This document shows positions 35,943-44,682 of a stretch of DNA of 64,000 bases, one piece after another. Source of the DNA: an uncultured Verrucomicrobiota bacterium. GTDB lineage: Bacteria; Verrucomicrobiota; Verrucomicrobiia; Limisphaerales; UBA9464. The stretch spans positions 10,088-74,087 of the forward strand of contig CAZGIK010000021.1 in assembly GCA_964525755.1 (NCBI GenBank). The letters are read 5' to 3'. Within the stretch, counting starts at the first letter, position 1. Each line of letters opens with the position of its first letter. The notes under the pieces were generated by a model. It saw only the letters and a program-made list of their open reading frames with translations, did no database searches and was not told where the DNA came from. The position numbers were made by a program, and so were the translations under genes.

Positions 35943-38204
35943 ATGCGCCCATCCACCGTCACCCTCCTGGCCCTGCTGACGCTTTCCGGCGCGCTTCGGG
36001 CTGCCGGAACCCAACTGGGGCCGATTGTCCGGAAGGAGTCCGGGCTGGAACTGAACTGGTCCGGGGGAACCGGGCCGTTCCAGGTCGAGGAGGCGTCGGC
36101 GCCCGCCGGTCCCTGGCAGTCGGTCGGGACGCCTGCCGCCACCAACACCGCGATCGTCCAGCCGTCACAACCGCAGCGCTTCTTCCGGGTCCGGGACACG
36201 GGGGGCGGTGACCCGGCAGAGGATCCCGCCGCGGTGGCCCTACGGGCGACGTTGGACGCCGTGGGCACCTTTGTGGACGGCGTCCCCGCGTCCCCCCGGG
36301 CGGCCTGGCGTGCCGCCGTCCTCGCGTTCCTGCGCCAGCGGACGGACATCGACTCCGCCGGGGAATCCCCGGACGGGGTGTGGGCGATCACCACCGACGC
36401 CATTCCGCTGGCGATCTGGAACAACCGGAGATCCGACCCGGCGGGGCAGGATGATGTCGGGGGCGTCGGCCTTCCGGCGGGGACGGAGACCCCGGGCGGG
36501 AGCCGGGCGCGGTTTGCGACGACGGTGGGGCAGGGGTTCACCCTGGCGGCTCCGAGGTTGTCGCGCCAACTGGCGGGGAACGGCTATGGGACCGTGTCCG
36601 ATGATGCCCAGATGGACTCGTTGAAGGGCATGCGCCCGGAGTCGGTGTTCTTCTTCAACACCCACGGCGGGACGTTCCAGACGCCGCTTTACGGTGCCGA
36701 CGGGAAGCCGTTGCGCGATGGGGGCGGATTCGTCGCCTACGAGAACACCTTCGGCCTGTGGACCGGCACGCGGATCGATCCGCGCCGGACCATCCCGCTC
36801 TACCGGCACGACGAGCTGGTCGAGGAACTGAAGGCGAAGCGCCTGTGCATCGCGTTTGCCAAGGCCTCCGAGACGGTCTCGGAAACGGGGGTGAGGCGGG
36901 ACGTGAACGAGTGGCATTTCGGGATCACCGCCAACTGGGTCCGCCACTACATGAGGTTTGAGCCGGGGAACCATGCCAGCGTCTGGCTGGCCGCGTGCCG
37001 CAGCGGGTCCGCCGACGCCGCGCCCCTGCGCGCGGCATTCCGGGCCGTCGGCGCGGAGTTCGTGCAGAGCTGGACCACCTATGTGGACGGCGACGGGGTC
37101 CTGAACGCCACCAGCTTCGTGTGGGACCGGCTCCTGGGCGCCAACCGGTTTGCCGCGCCCGCCACCCCCCAGCGTCCGTTCGGCTACGAGGAGGTCTGGG
37201 AGGAGCTGAGATCCCGCGGCCTCCACCGGTATCCCTCGGTCGACGACAACGACAATCCGGCCACCACGGACATCGTTTTCGAGGGTGACTCGGGCGACGG
37301 CACGTTCGGCCTGTTCGCGCCCTCCCTGGCCTACGTGATGGTGGATGAGGTCGCCGACCGCCTCCACCTGGTGGGACTGTTCGGGAAGCCGCCCGAGGCG
37401 GAGCAGCAGGTGCTCGTCGGCGATGTGCCCGCGGAAATCGATTCGTGGGACCATCGGAAGGTGGTCGTGAAGCTGCCGCGCACCGGCCCCGGTTCGGCAG
37501 GCGACGTGCAGGTCATTGTCCGCGGGCATCGGAGCAACGTGCGACGCCTGACCCGTTGGACCCTCACCGGGACCTACCGGATGCAGGGGGACCAGGAGCC
37601 CCACGCCATCGACGGAACCCTCACCGTGATCTTCCGGGCGGACATCGGGGAGTACCGCCTGGTGCCGGGTAACGTCTTCATCCGGCCGACCCGCAGCGCG
37701 CCGGCCTCCCGGGCCTCCGAGGTGTACCTCGAGGCAAAGGGAATCGTCTCGAACTCCTGCGGTGACGGGCGGAACGAGACCGAGGTGTGGAGCGGCTCGG
37801 GGTTGTTTCCGACCTACGACCCCACCGGCCCTCAGATCGCGACCGTCTATTTCCAGGTCGACACCCTCACCGGCCAAGGAGCGCTGGCGCTCGTTTTCGG
37901 CATGCGGCACCTCGACCTGTTCCCGCTGAAGATGACCCTGACCCTCTGTGAGGGTCAGAAGTTCGAGTTCCCGCTGGCACCGCCGCCGCCGGGGGACGTG
38001 GACGTGGAGTTGGCCTTCCGGTCGCCGCTCGAGGAGAAGCTGCCCGACGGGTCGGCCTTCGAGGTGATCCTGCCGGGGGGCGGGGTGACCATCGGTCCGG
38101 ACTGGGCGATCCCCGCGGGGGAGATGTCCAACGAGCTCATGGCCACCTGGCGATGGAACCGGGCCGAGGCGGAGTTTCCGCCCGACCCCCAGGCGGCGCG
38201 CTGA
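35943..38204 (+). CDS. Secreted 753-aa hypothetical protein with clan-CD (legumain-like) His/Cys motif pair and an IPT/TIG-like segment
   Basis: Signal peptide MRPSTVTLLALLTLSGALRA. It carries ESVFFFNTHGG (His241), ASVWLAACRSGS (Cys352) and VLVGDVPAEIDSWDHRKVVVKLPRTGPGSAGDVQVIVRGHRSN. I cannot assign a family name. The confidence value refers to it being a real CDS. Confidence 0.75.
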   Translation: MRPSTVTLLALLTLSGALRAAGTQLGPIVRKESGLELNWSGGTGPFQVEEASAPAGPWQSVGTPAATNTAIVQPSQPQRFFRVRDTGGGDPAEDPAAVALRATLDAVGTFVDGVPASPRAAWRAAVLAFLRQRTDIDSAGESPDGVWAITTDAIPLAIWNNRRSDPAGQDDVGGVGLPAGTETPGGSRARFATTVGQGFTLAAPRLSRQLAGNGYGTVSDDAQMDSLKGMRPESVFFFNTHGGTFQTPLYGADGKPLRDGGGFVAYENTFGLWTGTRIDPRRTIPLYRHDELVEELKAKRLCIAFAKASETVSETGVRRDVNEWHFGITANWVRHYMRFEPGNHASVWLAACRSGSADAAPLRAAFRAVGAEFVQSWTTYVDGDGVLNATSFVWDRLLGANRFAAPATPQRPFGYEEVWEELRSRGLHRYPSVDDNDNPATTDIVFEGDSGDGTFGLFAPSLAYVMVDEVADRLHLVGLFGKPPEAEQQVLVGDVPAEIDSWDHRKVVVKLPRTGPGSAGDVQVIVRGHRSNVRRLTRWTLTGTYRMQGDQEPHAIDGTLTVIFRADIGEYRLVPGNVFIRPTRSAPASRASEVYLEAKGIVSNSCGDGRNETEVWSGSGLFPTYDPTGPQIATVYFQVDTLTGQGALALVFGMRHLDLFPLKMTLTLCEGQKFEFPLAPPPPGDVDVELAFRSPLEEKLPDGSAFEVILPGGGVTIGPDWAIPAGEMSNELMATWRWNRAEAEFPPDPQAAR

Positions 38205-38212
38205 GCCGGACG

Positions 38213-40510
38213 ATGCAGACTTTTTCTGGCCCGACGGGCCGGGGTGGGGGCAGCGTTCGGCCGATGCCGTCCTCCGTCACCGGATCCCTGCGGCCGGTCC
38301 TCTGGCCGCTGCTGGCCGTCCTCTGGGGCGGGTCCCTCGCGGCGGCGCCGGCGGCGTCGACCGTGGCCATGGCGGCCCGGTTGCGCGGGATCCACGAACG
38401 GTCGTCGCCCATGCGCAACCCGTTCGCCAGCGACCGTCGGGCGGAGATCCTCGCCCAGCGCCTTGCGGCCACGACGGACCCGGGGCGGCAGGTCGTCCTG
38501 CAGCGGGAACTCGGGGTCGAGCTGCTCAACGCCGGACGCAGCGAGGAGGCGATCGGGGCGTTCCGGGCGTACGAGCGGGCCGCACGGCTGCATGCGCCCG
38601 ACGACCTCGCGGCCAACCGGGCCCTGGTGCTGCTCCACCTGGCGACTGCATGGATCCGGCTGGGCGAGCAGGAGAACTGCCTCGCCAACCACAACGCCGA
38701 GAGCTGCCTGTTCCCCATCCGCGCCCGGGGTGTCCACCAGCTCCCCCGCGGTTCCCTCGGCGCCATCGCCGTGCTCGAGCCGGCCCTGGAGGAGTTCCCC
38801 GACGACCTCGCCCTGCGCTGGCTCCTCAACGTGGCCTACATGACCCTCGGCCGGTATCCGGACGACGTCCCCGCCCGTTGGCGGGTCGACCCGGCCCGGC
38901 TGGCGTCCGAGGCCCCCATGGCCCGCTTTCCCGAGGTCGCAGGCCCCGCGGGCCTGGACGTGGAGGGTTTGTCGGGTGGGGTGGCGCTGGACGATTTCGA
39001 CGGCGACGGGCGCCTCGACGTGTTGTGCACCGGGTTCGGTCCGATGGAACCGATGCGCTACTTCCGGAACGAGGGCGACGGGCGGTTCACCGACCGGACG
39101 GAGGCGGCGGGTCTCGCTGGCCTCACCGGCGGGCTCAACGTGGTCACGGCCGACTACGACAACGACGGGTGGCTGGATGTCCTCGTGCTGCGCGGGGCGT
39201 GGATGGGGCGTGAGGGGCGTTACCCGAACTCCCTGCTGCGCAACCGGGGCGACGGGACCTTCGAGGATGTGACCGAGGCCGCGGGCCTGCTGAGTTTCCA
39301 TCCGACCCAGGCGGCGGCGTGGCTGGATTTCGACGGGGACGGCTGGCTCGACCTGTTCATCGGCAACGAGAGCCAGCCCCGCGACCTGCACCGGTGCGAG
39401 CTGTACCGGAACCGGGGCGACGGGACCTTCACCGACGTCGCCGCGGCGTCGGGGGTGGCCCTGGCCGCGTTCGTGAAGGGGGTGGCGGTGGGCGATTACG
39501 ACGACGACGGCCGCCCGGACCTCTACCTCACGACCATCGGGGAACCCAATGTGCTTCTCCGCAACGAGGGGCCGGTCGACCCGGCCAACCCTTCCGGCCC
39601 GTGGCGTTTCTCCGACCAGGCATCCGCCCGCGGGGTGACCGGGCCCGAGTATGCCTTCCCCACCTGGTTCTTCGACTACGACCAGGACGGCCGGCTGGAC
39701 CTGTTCGTGGGCGGATACCGGACGTACGACGTGGGCACGCTGGTGTCCGAGTGGATGGGCATCCCCAGCTCCGCCGAGCGGCTGCGGTTGTATCGCAACC
39801 TCGGCGGGGGTGGGTTCGCCGAGGCCGCACCCGAGGTCGGGCTCGACCGCGTGGTGCATGCGATGGGGGCCAACTTTGGCGACCTGGACAACGACGGCTG
39901 GCTCGACCTGTACCTGGGCACCGGGGACCCGCCGCTCAGCACGCTGGTGCCGAACCGTGCGTTCCTGAACCAGGGGGGGCGGCGGTTCGCCGACGTGACC
40001 GCGGCCGCCGGGCTGGGGCATCTGCAGAAGGGGCACGGCATCGCCTTCGGGGACATCGACAACGACGGCGACCAGGACCTCTACGCGGTGATGGGCGGGG
40101 CGGTGTCGGGCGACGTCTACCGCAACGCCCTGTTCCTCAACCCCGGATCCTCCCATGCCTGGGTGACGCTGCGCCTGGTCGGGCGCCGCTCGCCGCGCGA
40201 CGCCCACGGCGCCCGGGTGATGGTCGAGACCGCCGGGCCCGGCGGGGTGCGTCGGCTGTACCGGTGGGTCGGGTCGGTCGGCAGTTTCGGGGCGTCGCCG
40301 CTCCGTCAGGAGATCGGCCTCGGCGACGCCACGGGCATTGCGCGGGTGGAGATCCGATGGCCGGCCGACGGCCGGACCCAGGTGATCACGAACATCGCGC
40401 CGCGCGGCTTCTGGGAGATCGACGAGGACCGGTCCGGGGCCCGTCGACTGGACCTGCGTCCGTTCGTCCTGCCGTCCCATCCCGAATCCGTCGTCCCTCC
40501 TCCCCCATGA
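38213..40510 (+). CDS. CRTAC1/ASPIC-UnbV family protein with FG-GAP/VCBS repeats and an N-terminal TPR-like region
   Basis: Track ORF 38153..40510(+), start at MQTFSG (ATG 38213). It has repeated DxDGDGxxD-type motifs (DDFDGDGRLDVL, DYDNDGWLDVL, DFDGDGWLDLF, DYDDDGRPDLY, DYDQDGRLDLF, DLDNDGWLDLY, DIDNDGDQDLY). The C-terminal ASPIC/UnbV-like segment is VTLRLVGRRSPRDAHGARV...GSFGASP. Confidence 0.88.
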   Translation: MQTFSGPTGRGGGSVRPMPSSVTGSLRPVLWPLLAVLWGGSLAAAPAASTVAMAARLRGIHERSSPMRNPFASDRRAEILAQRLAATTDPGRQVVLQRELGVELLNAGRSEEAIGAFRAYERAARLHAPDDLAANRALVLLHLATAWIRLGEQENCLANHNAESCLFPIRARGVHQLPRGSLGAIAVLEPALEEFPDDLALRWLLNVAYMTLGRYPDDVPARWRVDPARLASEAPMARFPEVAGPAGLDVEGLSGGVALDDFDGDGRLDVLCTGFGPMEPMRYFRNEGDGRFTDRTEAAGLAGLTGGLNVVTADYDNDGWLDVLVLRGAWMGREGRYPNSLLRNRGDGTFEDVTEAAGLLSFHPTQAAAWLDFDGDGWLDLFIGNESQPRDLHRCELYRNRGDGTFTDVAAASGVALAAFVKGVAVGDYDDDGRPDLYLTTIGEPNVLLRNEGPVDPANPSGPWRFSDQASARGVTGPEYAFPTWFFDYDQDGRLDLFVGGYRTYDVGTLVSEWMGIPSSAERLRLYRNLGGGGFAEAAPEVGLDRVVHAMGANFGDLDNDGWLDLYLGTGDPPLSTLVPNRAFLNQGGRRFADVTAAAGLGHLQKGHGIAFGDIDNDGDQDLYAVMGGAVSGDVYRNALFLNPGSSHAWVTLRLVGRRSPRDAHGARVMVETAGPGGVRRLYRWVGSVGSFGASPLRQEIGLGDATGIARVEIRWPADGRTQVITNIAPRGFWEIDEDRSGARRLDLRPFVLPSHPESVVPPPP

Positions 40511-41967
40511 GCCACCCGTCCACCGAGTCGGCCCGCCGCCATGCGGCGGGGTATCGCACCCACCGCGGCCTTCCCGCCCTGGCGGGGCTCGGTCGCCTGG
40601 TCGACGCCGTCGAGCCCGGCCTGTCGGTCGAGGAAAGCGTGCGCCGGCTCAAGGTCCACCACCACGTCCTGCGCCGCCTGCACCAGGCGTTCATCGCGTG
40701 GCTGCCGTCCGAGCCGGTCTACGAGCTGAAGATGGCGTTCAGCTACCACGCCCACCTGTGCGCGGAGCAGGTGACCGCGCTGCGGGGGCGGGTGGGCGAG
40801 ATGCGCGAGCCGCCCCTGGGACTCGAGGCGGTGCCCCATCCCGGGCTGGGGCTGTTCCTCGACGAGATCCTCGCGGCCCCCACTGTGGCGGAGCGGTTGC
40901 TCGGGGTGTACGAGGTGGCCCTGCCGGCCCTGCACGCGGCCCTCGTCCGGCACCGGGACGCGTGCCACCTCCTGGCCGACCAGCCCACGCGGCGGCTCCT
41001 GCGCGGTGCCCTGCTGGACGTCGAGGACCTGCTCGACTTCGGGCGCCGGGCGATCCAGTCGCTGGTGTCGCCGGCCGACCGCGAGGCGTCGGCGCCGGGC
41101 CGGGCGGTGCTGGAGGCGGCGCTGGCCGCGTGCGGCGGGATGGACGGGACCGCGGCGCCGTCCGGGTCGCTTCCGGAACCGCTCCATTCCCGGGAACCGT
41201 TCCGGTTCGACGGGGTGCCGCGCCGTGACGGGCGCTTCCCGGACCCGTACAACATGGGGGTCAACGCCGAGGTCTTCCTGTACGACGAGGAGCAGCCTGC
41301 GGACGCCCGGGTGCTCATGCTGTTCTACAAGCGGCTGCGCGAGATCGACGTGCCGGAGGTCATCGCCTCGATCCTGGCCGAGACTCCGGGGAAGCCGTGG
41401 GCCTACCAGCGGGACATGACCCGCCAGCTGTGGGACGAGGCCCGCCACGCGATGATGGGCGAGGTGGGGTTCGCCAGCCTGGGCGTGGACTGGCCCCGTC
41501 GGGTCATGGTCAACCACACCTGGTCCCTCGGGCTCAACACCCAGCTCACCCCAAAGGAACGCCATGCGGTCCTCTACTACATCGAGCAGGGCCTCATGCC
41601 CCGGACCGGCAAGCGGCACGAGTGGGAGGTCGGGATCCGCTCGGGCAACGCCCTTGCCGCCACGTTCCAGGACTTCGACTGGGCGGACGAGGTCCTCCAT
41701 GCCCGGGTGGGTCGCGACTGGTATGTGGCCGGCATGCCGGGTCCGCACGAGGCGGTGGAGTACGGCGACCGCTGCTGGAGCCGGGTGCTGATGGGCTGGA
41801 CGGAGTGGCGCGATTCCGGGCGGACGACGCACCGGAACTGGTGGCCGGACGCCTACCGGGAGTACTGCGTCCGGAACGGGGTCGAACCCGATCCCCGGGC
41901 GCTGGCCTACGGCACCAGCTACGAGTCGGTGCGGGCCGACCTCCGTGATCTGTCCGCGCCGGGCTGA
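40507..41967 (+). CDS. Ferritin-like (two ExxH motifs, DUF455-like) hypothetical protein, no signal peptide
   Basis: In-frame tail of track ORF 39319..41967(+), from MSHPSTESARRH. The ATG overlaps the CRTAC1 stop (ATGA). QLWDEARHAMMGE and DFDWADEVLHARVG are two ExxH motifs in helical context, as in diiron-carboxylate proteins. Confidence 0.7.
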   Translation: MSHPSTESARRHAAGYRTHRGLPALAGLGRLVDAVEPGLSVEESVRRLKVHHHVLRRLHQAFIAWLPSEPVYELKMAFSYHAHLCAEQVTALRGRVGEMREPPLGLEAVPHPGLGLFLDEILAAPTVAERLLGVYEVALPALHAALVRHRDACHLLADQPTRRLLRGALLDVEDLLDFGRRAIQSLVSPADREASAPGRAVLEAALAACGGMDGTAAPSGSLPEPLHSREPFRFDGVPRRDGRFPDPYNMGVNAEVFLYDEEQPADARVLMLFYKRLREIDVPEVIASILAETPGKPWAYQRDMTRQLWDEARHAMMGEVGFASLGVDWPRRVMVNHTWSLGLNTQLTPKERHAVLYYIEQGLMPRTGKRHEWEVGIRSGNALAATFQDFDWADEVLHARVGRDWYVAGMPGPHEAVEYGDRCWSRVLMGWTEWRDSGRTTHRNWWPDAYREYCVRNGVEPDPRALAYGTSYESVRADLRDLSAPG

Positions 41968-42803
41968 CCCGGGGCGGGACCGGGGGCGGCCGGCAGGCCG
42001 ATTCCGAGGCGCTCCGGGTGGGTGTAGACGTTGAACCGGCCGTCCCGCAGGAACCCCACCAGCGTCTGGCCCGAGGCCCGGGCGAACTCCACGGCGAGGG
42101 ACGACGGGGCGGACACCGCCGCCAGCAGGGGGATCCGGGCCGCGAGCGCCTTCTGCACCAGCTCGAACGACGCCCGCCCGCTCACCAGGAGCACGTGGCC
42201 GGCCAGGGGCCACGGACCGTGGCGCAGGCAGTGGCCGATCACCTTGTCGACGGCGTTGTGGCGGCCCACGTCCTCCCGCAGGCAGACCAGCGAACCGTCC
42301 GACGCGAACACCGCCGCGGCATGCAGGCCGCCGGTCAGGTCGAAGGTTTCCTGGGCCGCCCGCAGGCGCCCGGGCAGGAGCAGCAGGTCGGCAGGCGCCA
42401 GGCGCAGGTCCGACCGGACCGGCGGGAACCGGCCGTGGACCGCATCGATCGTCGCCTTGCCGCACAGGCCGCAGGACGACGAGGCGAACACGTGCCGGGT
42501 CAGCCGGGCGAAGTCGACGCGGACATCCGGTCGGAGCAGGACGTCGACCACGTTGCCATCGGCATTCCTCGGATAGGGCCGCACCTCCGCCACCTCGTCC
42601 CGCGCCTGCACCAGTCCCTCGCCGACGAGAAACCCGAGCGCGAGTTCCTCGTCGTGGCCCGGGGTCCGCATCGTCACGCTGACCGGCCGGGTGTCGACCC
42701 GGATCTCGAGCGGTTCCTCGACGGCCAGCGTGTCGGCGACCCGGTCGACGTCGCCGGTGCGCCAGCGGACGACCTGTGCGGAGACCCTGGCCGGGGAGGA
42801 CAT
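41919..42803 (-). CDS. fdhD: Formate dehydrogenase accessory sulfurtransferase
   Basis: MRTPGHDEELALGFLVGEGL, ASSSCGLCGK, GGLHAAAVF, EDVGRHNAVDKVIG, and SGRASFELVQKA are canonical FdhD motifs. The ~30-aa C-terminal tail overlaps the convergent ferritin-like gene by 49 nt. Confidence 0.9.
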   Translation of the reverse strand: MSSPARVSAQVVRWRTGDVDRVADTLAVEEPLEIRVDTRPVSVTMRTPGHDEELALGFLVGEGLVQARDEVAEVRPYPRNADGNVVDVLLRPDVRVDFARLTRHVFASSSCGLCGKATIDAVHGRFPPVRSDLRLAPADLLLLPGRLRAAQETFDLTGGLHAAAVFASDGSLVCLREDVGRHNAVDKVIGHCLRHGPWPLAGHVLLVSGRASFELVQKALAARIPLLAAVSAPSSLAVEFARASGQTLVGFLRDGRFNVYTHPERLGIGLPAAPGPAPGQPGADRSRRSARTDS

Positions 42804-42873
42804 GCGGGCAGCCTTCCCGGTGCGGGGGGCCTGCGAAAGGCGAAATACGGGGCGGGAACGGGGAATGTCCGGC

Positions 42874-43560
42874 TCAGGGCAGGGGGCTGACGGGTCGGGG
42901 GGTTCGGGCGAGGTGTTCGACCAGGCGGATGCCGACCACGAGGGCGAGGCCGATCAGCACGGCGCCGGTCAGGCGGTGGAGGCGGGCGAGGGCGGTGCCG
43001 GTGGCACGTCGGGAGGCATGGGTGACCAGCCAGGAGACGAGGCTGAACCAGGCGAGGCCGCCGCCGGCGACGCCGAGCACGAACGCCCACTTGCATTCCC
43101 AGTGGTCGGCCAGCCAGCCGCGGGACAGCAGCGTGGCGGCGATGGTGAGCCACCAGAGGAGGATCCCCGGGTTGCCCAGCACCCGCAGGAAGCCGGTCCA
43201 GAGGGCGGTGTGGGGATGGAACCGTTCCTCGACGAAATGTTCGAGCCGCTCCTCGCCCGGCAGGGGGACGCCCCGCAGGTACTTCACCCCGAGCCACAGG
43301 AGGAGGAGGAAGCTGGCGAGTTCCATGGCCGCGCGGACCCACCGGTTGTCGAAGAGGCCGGTGAACCCGGCGAAGGCGATCGTGCAGTAGGCGGTCTCCA
43401 TCGCCACCGCCCCCAGCCCGAGGAAGAGCGACCAGCGGAGGCCGCGACGGGGACCGTCGGCCAGGAGCGTGGCGTTGACCGGTCCCCCGGGGATGCTGGC
43501 GAGGAACCCGGCGGCGAAGCCGAGCCCGCCGCACCAGGCCAGGTCGAAGGTCGCCCCCAT
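42874..43560 (-). CDS. LysE/RhtB family translocator
   Basis: 228 aa with six hydrophobic helices. It has the N-terminal GFLASIPGGPVNA and the central GNPGILLWW motifs typical of LysE-type exporters. Confidence 0.75.
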   Translation of the reverse strand: MGATFDLAWCGGLGFAAGFLASIPGGPVNATLLADGPRRGLRWSLFLGLGAVAMETAYCTIAFAGFTGLFDNRWVRAAMELASFLLLLWLGVKYLRGVPLPGEERLEHFVEERFHPHTALWTGFLRVLGNPGILLWWLTIAATLLSRGWLADHWECKWAFVLGVAGGGLAWFSLVSWLVTHASRRATGTALARLHRLTGAVLIGLALVVGIRLVEHLARTPRPVSPLP

Positions 43561-43563
43561 GGG

Positions 43564-44469
43564 TCAGGGACGCCCGGCCGGTGTCGACCCGGACCCATCG
43601 CCCGCCCGCCCCGGCGTCTCGCCGTCGTCGTCGGGCTCGTCGTCGTCGTCCGCCTCGATCTCCCGCTGCATCCGCCGGGACATCAGGGGGCGGATGAACC
43701 CGTACACGAGGTAGGCGGTGAAGATCAGGGGGGCGACCACCGGGAGGACCTTGTTCCAGAGGAGGACGAAGAACCCGATGATGATGACGATGACGAGGGT
43801 TTTCTGGAACGGTTTCTGGGTGCGCCAGCTGATGCGCTTGAAGGTGGGGTACTTCACCTCGCTGACCATCATGGCCGAGAGGAACACGAGGAGGATGGGG
43901 AGGGCGTAGCGCCAGGGTCCGACGCGGAACTGTTTCTCGTCCCACCAGAGGAGCAGGAGGGTGAGCGAGGCCACCATGCCGGCGGCGGCGGGGATGGGGA
44001 CGCCGAGGAAGTAGCGGCCGCCGCCGCCGCCGGCCATGGCGGCGAGGCAGTTGAAGCGGGCGAGGCGGAAGGCGCCGCAGATCACGTAGAGCGAGGCGAT
44101 GAACCATCCCACCTCCGGGTGGTCGCTGAACACCGGCTTGAGCACCACCCGGTGCACGAGGAAGGCCGGTGCCACGCCGAAGCTGACGATGTCCGCCAGC
44201 GAGTCGAACTCCCGTCCGAACGGGCTCTCGAACCCGCCCATCCGCGCCACCCGCCCGTCGAGCAGGTCGAAGATGCAGGCGAGGAGGATGTAGAACAGGG
44301 CGTGGCGGATGACCGAGTTGAAGTTCGCCGCCGAGGGATCGGCCTCGACGATGCGGGTGAGGGCGAGGAAGCCGCAGAAGAGGTTCCCCGCCGTGAACAG
44401 GTTCGGGAGGAGGTAGATCCGGAGGCGGTCGGAATCCCCCGCCGGTGCGGGCTCGGGCAGGTGGCTCAT
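43564..44469 (-). CDS. pssA: CDP-diacylglycerol--serine O-phosphatidyltransferase
   Basis: C-terminal 301 aa of track ORF 43564..46599(-), from MSHLPEPAPAGD. It has the CDP-alcohol phosphotransferase motif DLLDGRVARMGGFESPFGREFDSLADIV. It ends in an acidic tail, EADDDDEPDDDGE. Confidence 0.9.
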   Translation of the reverse strand: MSHLPEPAPAGDSDRLRIYLLPNLFTAGNLFCGFLALTRIVEADPSAANFNSVIRHALFYILLACIFDLLDGRVARMGGFESPFGREFDSLADIVSFGVAPAFLVHRVVLKPVFSDHPEVGWFIASLYVICGAFRLARFNCLAAMAGGGGGRYFLGVPIPAAAGMVASLTLLLLWWDEKQFRVGPWRYALPILLVFLSAMMVSEVKYPTFKRISWRTQKPFQKTLVIVIIIGFFVLLWNKVLPVVAPLIFTAYLVYGFIRPLMSRRMQREIEADDDDEPDDDGETPGRAGDGSGSTPAGRP

Positions 44470-44682
44470 GGGCGTCGCGATGGCAGGCTGCGTCGGAGGC
44501 GGGCCGGGCCGGTGGGTTTCATCGCCCCGGAACCGTAGGGTGCGGTCCCCGGTGCGGGGAAGCCGGGAATCGGCGATTCCGTCGACGCGGGGTTGCCCGG
44601 GTCCGTTTACACCCCATGCTTCCCCCCGCCATCCTCCGGTTGAACATCCCGTCGCCGGGGGGAGTCTGCTTCGCCTGAGACA

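Noticed and set aside
40507-40620. Possible Tat signal in the ferritin-like protein N-terminus (ESARRHAAGYRTHRGLPALAGLG).
   Set aside because: The RR is not followed by the consensus (S/T-RR-x-F-L-K) or by a sufficiently hydrophobic h-region. I treat the protein as cytoplasmic.
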